Positions 37,812-49,814 of a stretch of 64,000 nt of DNA are shown piece by piece (the stretch's first letter is position 1; each line of letters starts with the position of its first letter). The notes below the pieces were generated by a model. That model was not told the DNA's origin and ran no database searches. It saw only the letters and a program-made list of their open reading frames with translations. The position numbers and the translations under genes are program-made. This DNA comes from Massalongia carnosa (lineage: Eukaryota): contig OZ287069.1 in the NCBI GenBank assembly GCA_965645245.1, positions 930,001-994,000 of the forward strand, in the 5' to 3' direction.

Positions 37812-39028
37812 CTTTGTCGAGCTTGAAGCAGTAAAGAGGGAAAGTGGTTATCTCCTGTCGAAGATTTGACACCATGCAAAAAGTACAGTTGTAATGGGTT
37901 CTGTTCAACGAGGGACTCAAGGGAACGATTTATGGATGTTGGAAAAGAAAAAAAAATTCATTTGGAGGGGCAAACCTGCTCTCATGGTCATGTGCCCTCC
38001 AACGCAGATAGGTTATAATTACCATCTCACCGTCGATACTTTGATTATCTCAAAGATTTATGAAGCAGTGAGATCAATGCACAAATACCTATCCCTTCTG
38101 CTGCCTATGAGTCGCTAGAGTGTCTGTAGAAAAGGGTGAAACGGTGATTGTATAACAAACAATGTTAGGCAGGGGCAATCGGTTGAATCCCTATCTATAG
38201 TAGTTACAAGAATCGAGCACCTTTCATACTATTTGGTTCCAGCTTCTCAAGGACTAACCTGTATTACAGCATTCACCTTCAACCGTCTTCCTTAGGTAAA
38301 CTAGAATTTTACGTAGCTAAGGAACTTTGCGGGATATGCTCCTTGGTGCGCCCATCTGACAACAAATCTCATGGGCAGAACGTCAGGGGTTGGACACTAA
38401 ATAGAGGACCTCATAAATGTTCCCTTCTTAAAGTTCTCGACACCTCCAGTACCACGCATAGCGAGGGATCTCGCCTTCCTCGGCGTCGGTCTTGGCTGAT
38501 TCTGCGCGATTTCTGTCTAGGAAGACTGGATGAATGTCATGACTCGCGCCATGGACATGCCATTAGCGATGGGCAGAGATTCCCAGGAGTTTCTCAAAAC
38601 TTTGGGAGCGATGTGAAAATCCATGTTTCCTTCGTTGACTGCCTACTTCCACGCTCCCATGCCATCTTAGATAGTCCACGTAGAAGTAAGGGTTGTTCTT
38701 GATCCATTTAGGAGAAAGTGGACGCAAGCTCGGTCGTCCAAAATCATCTTAAGCCTGTAGCGCTTACGGAAATAGTCGAGACCTCCCATCCCTGGGACGA
38801 AAGAAGATGAGCATGTTGCTTGAAAGTTCCTTGGGAAGTCAGCTCTAGCTTTTGAGCGCTGGGGAAGTCGAGTAGCTCATGAGGAATATAACTATCCCTT
38901 TGAATGTTGAGTTGCGCATTGGTGTAGCTGCCGAAGATATGGCTTATACGGTGTGGTTCAAGACGAGACCAAGGGTTCGAAATCTGCCATATAGGCAAAC
39001 TGATTCGGATTCCATCTAAACGGTGCAA

Positions 39029-40799
39029 TTACCCTAGGGGAAGGAACTGAATATACGGCGGCGTGGCATGAGGGCTTGAAGTCGATGAGCTAGGGTTGGA
39101 TTCCTGTTTGACATCCTCCACAGGGTTTTCGACCTCCTTCGATCCCATTGGATAGACGATAGGGCTTATCGCCGTGGACAATGAGTCTTCAATCTTGGCC
39201 ATTAGAAGGGGCAGATACCGGGATTCGCCTCGACGAAGAGTCGAGACGAGCTTCACAAGCTGATTTAGGTAATCTTGGGGTCCGATTTCACATTGTCTGG
39301 ACTCAATCGGGACGCAGGACATGACGTCGATAAGCGTACAGGCAATGTCAAATACTTTTTCAATCTACGCGATTGTTAGTAGCTATGCGCTGATTCATGC
39401 CACATATACTGACTAATCCAATGCCGTGTACCTCCATCGCCTGTTGCGAAAACGAGCCGATGACTGAGACAAGGTCTTTGGCAATCTCAATCGGATAGCC
39501 AAATGTCATCGAAGACTCGGACGACGTCGACGAAAGGTATCCGTTGATGATCGAGAGCTGCCATACCATTGTTCGGAGCCACTGCTGTGAGATTCTCAAA
39601 TCCACTGCTTGGCTCTCCGTCACGTTAAGGTAGACAGGCAAAGCCTGCGTGAGTTTTTGCTGCAATTCGGCAAGCCAGAATGTAGAGCAATCTGATCTAG
39701 ACTTGTTCCACAAGCCAACGAAAGTATCGTCAAAGGGATGATAAAGTTTAACCAAGTATACGAAGCCAGTGGTAGCTATTGCTGAGTCTTCCTCAATCTT
39801 CGGAATTTTTATAGTAGCATGCAGAGTAAGCGGTCGATGTTTCTGCATAGCATAGGCCCTATAAAACCCCAGAGTCAACCAAAATCCTGGAGAGTAAGCG
39901 TCAATCGCGCGATGCTTTTAAGATTCTTTCGGAATGCGCAAACGAGCAACGGTAACACTTACCTTTCCGTGATGAAGAGTAGCCAGAACAGGTGCCTTTT
40001 GCTTGAAATATCCTTGGCATCGCTCTCATGATAATAGGATTCCTCGTGCATGCCTATCAATTGCACTGAAGCGGTGGCTTCACGAAGATGAAACCAAGCA
40101 GTGTTATGCTTATTCAATCCGAAATAGCAGCCGTAGAAGAAGAACGATGTTATAGCGCTATAGACCGTTGGATTCTCAACATAATCGTTCACTCTCCGAA
40201 GTCGAAGAGCTTCGTTCAACAAAGCCATACCGAGTCCAGCGTTGGTAGAGGAACCAGAGAGTCCGTTTAGAGCTTCAGTAATCTTAAGCTCGGTACCAGG
40301 CTGAATCAGCATGAAAGCGGAAAAGGACGTGATAAGACAATAGGCTTCCACGGAGCAAGTCATGTCTGCAACAAGCTGCCTGATCTGCTCCTGATGAAGG
40401 ATCGGCATGCTGGGATACATATGCGCAAAGAAGAACTCAGTACAAGCATCGATGACCTCTAGCGTCATGAGGCCTGGGATCCGGTAGAACGTTGGCGAGG
40501 TTGGGGAACTGCCAAAGCCTCGCATTCGGCTTCGCATTACATGTGCGATTTCCGACTGCTTTTGGGTCTCTCTGAGCTGTGAGATGACTTTCGCCCGGCT
40601 ACCTTTCGGCCCTTTCTTCTGTGGAATAGCATCGTACGTGCACACGAGCGCGGCTTGATTACAGTTTTCGCATGGTTGAGAGCTATTGCATCGAACCTAG
40701 TTTTATGATCAGCCAACGTGGCACACACCAAACAATCTGGAACCATTATACCTTTCGGCGATGGCAGGCATCACATGCGCGCTTGGTCGTGTAAGCCAT
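39029..40799 (-). CDS. Zn(II)2Cys6 transcription factor, COL-26/BglR (AmyR-related) type; 3' end uncertain, may extend to about 38744
   Basis: MAYTTKRACDACHRRK|VRC...PCENC.....CTYDAIPQKKGPKGSRAKVI, plus fungal TF domain motifs AWFHLREA and LFWLLFITER. Confidence 0.85.
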
Positions 40800-43108
40800 T
40801 AAACGTCTTGAGAGGCAAGGGGTGATTTTGGAAACTCTGAGAGCAGAGCTGATTGAGATATTGTGAACATTATTACAGTTCATCCAAAGAAGCTGGCTCG
40901 TATAGGTATTAAAAATTCCTATAGTAGGTGCGTTAGTAACTTGTGGAACTCATCGGCAGTTCCTGGCAAACTGGGACCCATGCGAAGTGCAATTCCACTG
41001 GGAGGAACGGGGATATTTTGCACGCGATCTCGATGGGGTGTTTCGCAGTGTGTAGAGCAAGGTGTTGAAGAAGCAAGGGTTTTTTTCAGGGAGGGGAGAA
41101 ACTTGACCAATCGCTTCAGAGGGCGAAGATTTCTCAAAGCCCAACAATAGGTTTTGTGGCTTGGGCCCAGATGGGCAAAGTAGTAGAAGAAGCATCACTG
41201 CAGTACGCAGATTCGACCGGGGGTTGTTCAAGGCCCTGCAGAAGGAAGGCTTCTAGAAAGCGAAAACGATTCTAGAATGTCCGAAGAAAGATCAATGGAA
41301 GGTCTTTTGGAAAGACTTCGAGACGACTTCCGAGGAGTTTTCGCCTGGTTGGTCCCGACCCTTTTATTAGCGTCCCCGACAATGTGGCCCGATTGGTGAT
41401 TACCGAGATTTCGCCAGAGTACTCTGTATCTTTTATCTTTGATGGCATCCAGGCACACTCAATGCAATGGCCACGTGTCACCCTCGTCACTTAACTGCAT
41501 CCAGGTGTTTGGCCAACTAATGGCTCATTTGACACCTGTTGGTGCAAGCGCACGCACCCAAGAAATTCGACATGCAACATGAGTAATAGCTATCAGCTGT
41601 GGCCCTAGTTACAAGCCAGCGATGTGAAGGATCTCCTGCGGAAAATACCGGAGAATACTATTTGCCAAGAAGCCATAAGGCAAACCGAGTCAAATGGCTC
41701 TCAGAAATATCAGGGTTGAGAACCTGTGCCTCCATTATCTATTTAGATCCCAACCCCACCAGCAACAATCTCAAAGTATTTGAAGAGAAAATAACATATC
41801 CGCTCCACTGGCTGACGCAATAGTTATCCAACTTCCAACTAGAGGCTTCTTGGCCATATATCTGTTGTTCGAGATTCTCAACGACGAGCAGCTTTCAGGA
41901 AATTCTCAATTAACGAACGACTACGGCTACCCCAAACGCGACACCCGTCGAGGCAAAATATTTTTCGCATTTCTACTCGCTCAGGAGTCACTGGTTAGAT
42001 CGACGACAACCGAGGCTTTATTTTCTCTCGATCGGCGCTGAGTGAGAGGCGCTGAACCGATTTGGCAATTCAAATTGCCCAGATTGAGGGAGCCGGATCA
42101 GGTGGTATGAAATTAATGCTGGCAATATGGAGGATGTTGGAAAGAATCATGCACTCGCGCTCCCTTTATGCACGTGTCCGAAAAAAAAAATCAACAATGC
42201 TCGGCACAATTACTGTCATGTTAACTGTCTCGAAATCCCATATTAGGAGGATTTGTAAGGCAACCTCTAGCCAAGAATATCAGCCTAGAAACACCGAGAA
42301 CGCTTGGTTCGAGCAAACGCCTAAAGCGAGACAAATGACTCAGTTGGTGCTTTTCCGTTAGCTGACTTGCTCTCTTCATTCAATCTGTAGTTACATATGA
42401 GTGTATAAAGAAGCTTGCTCGGTTCGCCGAGAGAAGGAAGAGATATTAAGGCCGAATCCTATTTGACTGCACTGCCGTCTCTAATGGAAGAAGTACCTAC
42501 GACCCCTTTTTCTACCTGAGAAATTCCAGCGGTATGGTTTTATTGTAAGGCTTGAAATAATTCCATACTTTGATGTCCATGTTTGAACCTTCCAGGTTTG
42601 GGTCGTTCATGGTTCTCCTTGCCGCAATGATCCTTACATCAAATGCCATATCCCGGATAGCCCGACGAAAGAGATCTTCGTGATCCGATGATAAGCCACC
42701 TTTTCTTTATTTTCACCGGTTCTACAAGTCCGTCTGCGAGATAAAACCTGCCTTCAATTAAGATGGTGTTCTCTAGCTCTTTAATATTAGCTATGTCTTT
42801 TACTCGAAGGGTGCTGTTTTCCAGCTTGCTCTCTATGAGGTAATAACTGGCAGGATGGTTGAGCCAACCATTGGGCCCCTGTTGTTACGTAGTAAGATAG
42901 AAAGTTGGAGGGACTGAGGGGTTCAAAATCTCGACTGTTGACTGCCCGCTAAAACATCGTGACACCACTTCCCTCCTGCCCTACGCTTCTCTATGACTTG
43001 CATAAGACTTCCACAGTACCACATCACCCGAAACTCGAGTGATTTCTCAGCTTTGCAGTTTCTTTCTTACTCACCGACACACATCAAATTGAACCACTCA
43101 TCGCAATC

Positions 43109-45646
43109 ATGGGGTACAATCAAGATGACCAGCTCGCCATCAATACTATTCGACTTTTGGCTGTGAGCGCAACCTTGCCCATCATCCCTCAATGAAGCTA
43201 CATTTGCAAAACAAATTTAGGCCAATATGTCCTGGAGTTCGATGTTTCTTACAACTATCACGTTTCTTCAGAGTCCATCGCTTACCAGGACTGATTGTCT
43301 AGGTCGATGCTACCTTCAAAGCCAATTCCGGGCATCCCGGCGCCCCCATGGGCATGGCTCCTGTAGCCCATGTTCTCTTCAATAAATTCATGACTTTCAA
43401 TCCGAAGAATCCTGATTGGCTTAACCGGGATCGGTTTATTCTCTCGTAAGTGGAAGCCGCTCATTCGTGATGCTCTCGAGGGCTTACAATGCCACCCATC
43501 GAGCTCCAAACAACGATGCGTGGACAGCTTATTCAAGGATTTGTTACAACGTTTTATTCTAATAATTGCTGATACATCACTTTTGGCTAGGAATGGGCAC
43601 GGATGTATGTTGCTGTATGCTCTGCTTCATCTCTTCGGTTATAACGTTTCCCTGGATGACTTGAAGGCCTTCCGCGTAATTGCCCTCTTTACACCTTAAC
43701 GATGAAGCGCATAGCTAACAGACTCTTGTACGATAGTCCCTTGATAGTATCACTCCAGGCCACCCAGAAAGTCATGATACAGACGGTGTTGAGGTCACAA
43801 CCGGTCCCCTGGGTCAAGGGTTCTCGAATGCCGTTGGTCTGGCTATTGCACAGGCTCACACCGCCGCGACATTTAATAAGCCTGGTTTCGAGATAGTCAC
43901 TAATTATACGTTCTGCTTCTTCGGAGATGGATGTGCGATGGAAGGTATTGCCAGTGAAGCTGCTAGTCTCGCAGGCCACTTGCAACTAGGTAACCTGATC
44001 ATGGTTTATGATGATAACCATATATCAATTGGTAAATGCGAATATTCATCCGATGCAATTCCGTTGTTAACTGCCCTTGACAGATGGCGATACGAAAGTT
44101 GCCTTTACTGAAGATGTCCTGAAGCGGTTCGAGGCTTACGGCTGGCACACGCAGTGGGTTAAGAAGGGTGATACCGATCTGGAAGGCATCGAGAAAGCGA
44201 TCGCCGTAGCCAAAGAGGTCAAAGACAAGCCATCAGTGATTAAGTTGACAACGACTATTGGTTTTGGGTCCCTGCTGGAAGGGACTGGAGGAGTGCATGG
44301 TAACGCTCTCAAGGCAGATGACTGTAAGCAAGTGAAGAAAAAGTTTGGATTCGATCCGGACCAGACTTTTATTGTTCCACAGAAAGTCTATGACTTGTAT
44401 CATGCGCACTCTTCGGAAGGAGCTGCTAAAGAAGCTGAGTGGAACAAGCTTTTCGAAAAGTATGGGGAAAAGTATGGAGCCGAACATGCGGATCTTCTAC
44501 GAAGACAATCTGGAAAGCTACCAGAGGGGTGGCAGAAGAAGCTTCCTACTTACAAACCGGGCGACAAGGAGATTGCATCTCGAAAAATGTCCGAAGCTGT
44601 CTTGAATGCTATTCATGACGTGGTCCCTGACCTAGTAGGGGGTTCTGCAGATTTGACTGGATCTAACAACACACGATGGAAAGGTGCTGTAGACTTCCAG
44701 CCACCAGCTTTAAAACTAGATGATGCTAGCTATGCCGGTCGATACATTAGGTATGGCGTTCGTGAACACGCTATGGCTGGTATTATGAATGGTCTCGCAG
44801 TCTATGGTACCATTATCCCTTTCGGAGGAACATTCCTTAACTTTGTCTCATACGCAGCTGGATCTGTCCGGTTATCTGCACTCTCACACTGCCGGGTCAT
44901 ATACGTAGCAACGCACGACTCCATCGGATTAGGGGAAGATGGTCCTACACATCAACCTATCGAGACTCTTGCTCACTTTCGTGCGTTGCCGAACTGCATG
45001 GTGTGGCGTCCTGCCGACGGCAATGAGACCAGCGCAGCGTACTATGTTGCGATAACAGCAAAATCCACCCCGAGCATCATTGCCTTGACTCGACAGGATC
45101 TGCCTCAGCTTGAAAACTCAACCCTCGAGAACGGCATCAAAGGCGGCTACGTGGCTGTCGAAGCCGAGAAAGCCGACATCACGCTCGTCAGCACTGGATC
45201 GGAGGTGTGCATTTGTATCGAAGCTGTAAAGTACCTAAAGGACAACCATCAGATTACCGCTCGTGTCGTCTCGATCCCGTGCTTTGAGGTCTTCGACACG
45301 CAGAGCAAGGAATACCGCCTTCAGTGTCTGCCGGATGGCATTCCATCCCTGAGTGTTGAGGTCATGTCGACTCTCGGTTGGGAACGATATACGCACGAAC
45401 AATTCGGCCTGAACCGGTTTGGGGCCAGCGGGCCATATAAGGAAGTTTACAAGGTGAGCCCCCCCCATTATGGGGCCTTTTGCCCCCAAAGCACAAGAAC
45501 TCAGTGCCAGATGCTAACGTGACGTTTGCAAGAAATTCGAATTCACTCCCGAAGGAATTAGCAAACGCGCCGTGGCCACGGTGGAGTTTTACAAGGGCCA
45601 TAAAGTTCGGTCGCCAATTAATCGCGCGTTCCAGCAGTTGATTTAA
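43109..45646 (+). CDS. TKL1: Transketolase; 5 introns
   Basis: [66 protein letters not shown]. Confidence 0.97.
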
Positions 45647-46083
45647 GGAGGCGGTTGGAATGAAATCCAACACGTTTCTGTCCTCCTGTCTCCACCAAAA
45701 TTTCCGTTTGTGCAGTGAGAATGATGTTTCGTTCTTGATGATCCTTTGTGTTTACTATGTTTATTACATCCTCTCGTCCTTCGCGTACGGGGAAGGCAAG
45801 CGTTAGAGAGGGAAAAAACACAAAGCTATTTTGAGTTCGCTTATGCAATTTAGCAACCTGCCAATCCATCCAGAATTCCGTAGCCCTTTTGGCTGGTCTT
45901 AGAGAATGCGGTGACGTAAGGTACGGTCTAGACTTTCTCTCTCGGGCTAATTCCTTGCGACTGATGCCTTTGGCAAGTCCGGCCCCCCGGGCGGAAGGGA
46001 TGGGTGGGGGTGTCTTGAGAGAACCCGTAATCGATCGTCTTATTTGGGGGAAAAAACCCCCGCTGGTCTCATAGGCTGACTAG

Positions 46084-47419
46084 CTAACCTGGTAGATCAC
46101 CCTTCTTGACCCCGTTGCCAGTGCCATTTACCGCCTTCGTGCCAGCATCAATGGCATCTCCCTTCCCCGGTTCTCCAACCCAACCAACATTCCTCCCCTT
46201 CTCTCCACCCGCACCAACCCCCCAATCACACCCCCTCCCCACCAACGCCGCCAACCGCGCCAACCACTCCTCATCCACCCCATCAAAGCCCCCCTCCACT
46301 CTACAGTCCACGTCAAGCACCGCCACCACCACTTCTTCCCCTTCCCCACCGCCGCCACCACCGAATACCGGCACCACGATCTCGCTTCTCGAGTCCGCGT
46401 CGCAGGCGATATGGCCCGGGAAAACACGCGTGTCGGTCACGCGCAGGGGCCGTTGCTGGGCGAACGCCCGCCCGCAGACGCCGCGCGGGGGGAGGATCAT
46501 TTGGCAGGCGGGTTTGCCATGGAAGGGGCCGAGGAGTAGGTGCGGCTTTGGGTTGCTGGCGGTGGGGGGGTGCATGGTGTAGAAACCTGTTGGGAGAAAG
46601 GGGGGGTTGGTAAGACGAGGAGGAGGGAGGAGAGATAAGGGGAAGCGGAGAAACGAGAAAGAGGGATGGAGAAGGAGGCAAACTTCGCCATGCATGAAGG
46701 AGGTATCTCCCCCCGGACTCGTATGGAAGCACGCTTGAATCAAGAACAAGGAAAGAAGGGAACAAAGAAAGGAAAGCAGGCCCCTCTCACCAGTCCAATT
46801 GACCTCATTCGACGGAAACGGAAGAGCCTGGTATGCGTGCTAGAGCAGAGAGGCAGTGTTGGCTAGATTACTAAAATCTCTCAGAAATTCGTCCTCGTTC
46901 GTTCATTCCCACCCCCCAAGGGGAAAAAACTCCTTTCGCTTTCCAAAGACACCGCGGGGTGGTGGAGGGAGTCCAACTTACCAGACCTAGAACCCCTCCG
47001 AACGACAAGGGTGCCACCCTCTTCCCATTAGCCCTCTGCCCAATCTCCCCTCCGTCTCCCAAAAAAAAACCAACAAAAAACCCGAATCCGTCTGAGCATG
47101 CATAACTGCATGCTTCTCCCGGTAGCCAGAAAGGAAAGTGCCACGTCCCCAACACCCCCCTGCGCAAAAAAAAATTCCACTCAAACGCACCCAATTCCGC
47201 TGCCCCTCGAACAGCCCCTCCGCCTCCCTGAGCACCTGCGCGTAGACCTCCGCCTTAGTAGGCGGCGTGGTGGCGATAGCAGCATGGGGCCGGGAAAAGT
47301 CGGCCGCGTCGGCATGTACCTGGGCCAGTTAGGGTATGGTAGGATAGGGTAGGGTAAGTTGGGAGTTGGGGGTTTTTCGGAGGGTTGGGTGGTTTGAGTG
47401 AGAAGGGGTTTTTTACCAT
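46084..47419 (-). pseudogene. GAF-fold free methionine-R-sulfoxide reductase (yeast YKL069W-like) with one in-frame TAG: a recent pseudogene or a recoded gene
   Basis: Spliced reading: ATG | VHADAADF...GLFEGQRNW | VC (5-nt exon) | NLANTASLL*HAY...VNWT | GFY...LGPFHGKPACQ...GVCG...FPGHIACDADSRSEIVVP. Confidence 0.85.
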
Positions 47420-47703
47420 GATCGTTTGAGGGATGGCGTGTATGTAATAGTAGCGGAGTGGTAAGTTGGTGGTGAGGGAAGAGAGAGGAAGGAGGAAGGA
47501 AAAATACACCGCTGCTACATTTTCGGGTAATCCGGGTAGGTAATTACTCTGTACCGATGGTGTCATCCGTTCGGCGGGAAAAAAACCAAAAAGCATGAGA
47601 TGAGGCAATTTCAAGGGTTTAGGGTTTCGGGTTTAGAGCTCAAGGGGGGGACTTATTAGATTAGATTACAGATCCGATCAAAATCTTTTCTTCGGTTAAA
47701 GTA

Positions 47704-49517
47704 CGGAGGATGACACAGGAACTTCTGGCCGACGCTAATATGCACGCTAAATAAGCCACCTACAAGGGGCTCAGCCCTACGAAGATAAACTCCTTTATTT
47801 ACTCCTTTTTTACCTTCTTATCCACCTCCTCATCAGTCTACATTGGCCCACTCCTCCTCATCTTCAGGACCTCTCTTTAAACCGAGATATCGACTGCGCC
47901 GCTCCTCAACATCGTAAGGTCGTACCATTCCTCCTGTTCTTCCTTCTCTGTACTCGTTCCGGTTCAATCATGTTGAGATCAGGTGAGTTGCTAGGCCACA
48001 AAAAGCGAAGTACTCGAAAGTCCATAAACACCATATCCTGATGTTTGGAGGTATGACAGGGGGCCTTATCTTCTTGAACCACCATATTTGGACGATCTTT
48101 CATGCATTCGGTAGCGAATAGAAGAAGTTTGTCTATCAAAATATTCTTTTGATAGCGATACCAGTCAATTCCTCCCTTTTTATTGTCTCGCACGATCTTT
48201 CCATGTTTTTGATCCCATATCCATCGAGGCTGTCGTCCTCCTGAATTTCTTAGTCTCATTCGTCTCATTCCATTTTCTAACTCCCAATTGAGCTTCGCCT
48301 CTGATTCCAACCTCTTATTGATAAGCTTCAGCTCTTCCTCAGCTGTCTTCTTTTCTTTTGCAGACTCAGTCTTCCAGATATGAAAAGGACCTTTTTTATC
48401 GTACGAGAAACACCCCCGAAACATGAACTCTGAGTGTCCTTTCCATCGACGACGAATGCATGTTTTATTATTCATTTCTTTCGAGGTTCTCCATTGCAGT
48501 CTTTTTCCTCTTACTGCATTCAGCATCACGCTCGTCTCGTCACTCCAGATGACGTTCTTCCAGTCTTCAAGAGTCCAATGCTGATGATCAATGCAAAATT
48601 TCAGACGTGCTTCCTTCATGATCGAAGTAAGGCCAGGCTTTTTCGTTGATTTACAGGCTCAAAATCCATTCTTTTTAAGAACCTTCAGCTCATGATCAAA
48701 AGCCAGCATAGTGAAGAGGGGTAGTCGTGGGTGGTGCATACGTGATGACCTCAAGGAGAGAAGACCGGCAGAAAGCAAACAAGGAACACACGTGAAAACA
48801 ACAAACAGAACGTTGGCGGTGACGACTCGGCCACTCTGACACTGTCACTCGGACACGAATACTGACTCTGAAGGAAAGAAAAATGTTGATTGCCTGTCTG
48901 TCTAGAGGGTGAAGCTTCCCCTATCTATAGAAAAATGGGCGCCTCAGCCCCGGAAAACCCTCCCCTCCGCTCCGTCCACACCAATCCCCCCCCCCTCCCC
49001 TCAGCACCTGCCCTTGTCCCTATTCACCCTATCACAATAGCTGAAGACTTCTCCCTTCCGTTTCGATCTTTGCGTACATCAGTCAATATAGCCTCCAATG
49101 CAGGTGTTACTTTAGAAGGTTGGCCTGAACGAGGTGCATCTTCTACATATTCCATCTTCAAGACTCGTAAGATCTCGGGATCATATCCTCTACTTCTTGC
49201 TTTCTTCTTGATATGACTGATAGATCTCGTCGAGACTTCAGTGATTTCCTCTACACTTTTGGCTGATACTCCATGCTCTACGAGAGTCAAGGCCTGAAGT
49301 CTTTGAGCGAGAGTCAGTGTGTTATCTTGAGGACGAGTCATGATGATGATAGCTACAAAATACCAACTAAAATAAACTATAAATTACAAATATTAAAGCA
49401 TTTTATCTCTTGATGCCCGGAGAAACTTTTTTTAAAAATTTTACCACCCCCTTGTCTAGTGGCGGAAGCTACTGCAAGCTAAAATACGCTAGCCAGAACT
49501 TCCTGTGGTATCCTCGG
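47704..49517 (-). mobile_element. Decayed Tc1/mariner transposon of a second family (DD34E), interrupted and 3'-deleted
   Basis: Imperfect TIRs CGGAGGATGACACAGGAACTTCTGGC and CCGAGGATACCACAGGAAGTTCTGGC. Transposase pieces at 49024-49341 (HTH, DAPRSGQP) and 47906-48690 (WSDE, QEDKAPCH, SPDLNMIE), with a stop near 48660. Confidence 0.9.
48691..49026. mobile_element. ~335-bp insert of LTR-like sequence inside the transposase gene
   Basis: Interrupts the transposase between ...SSAIVIG and LKVLKKNGF. Non-coding; contains TGACA-C-TGTCA at 48837-48847. Confidence 0.5.
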
Positions 49518-49814
49518 GAGATTCGAGTCGCGCTTCTTGATTCGTTTGGATTCTTTTGTGGGCTAGCAACGTGCAACTTACAAGAAGGAATCGAATGTAT
49601 TGCTCCGAGGTTGGCTACATATCTCTATCAACTAGAACCCCCCAACCCTCCCCAGCTCTCGCAGTAAGTGATCCATTTAACGCCAACCATCATAGACCGG
49701 ATCTGACAAGGAGGGAAGATAGAATCCAGAGCTGACAAAAAGCAGGAAAGGAAATCCTGAACAATGAATTACAAAAGTATTCCGCCACCCACCCATGCTT
49801 TTTCACCTCCGCCT

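Noticed and set aside
40863..42361. Short ORFs between the Zn2Cys6 gene and transketolase
   Set aside because: No coding signature; consistent with a long regulatory or leader region.
36627..47419. SPE3, TF, transketolase and fRMsr as a metabolic gene cluster
   Set aside because: Unrelated pathways and no backbone biosynthetic enzyme; ordinary synteny is enough.
47614..47637. Telomere-like GGGTTTAGGGTTTCGGGTTTAG (similar motif near 23199)
   Set aside because: Only 2-3 imperfect units in low-complexity DNA.
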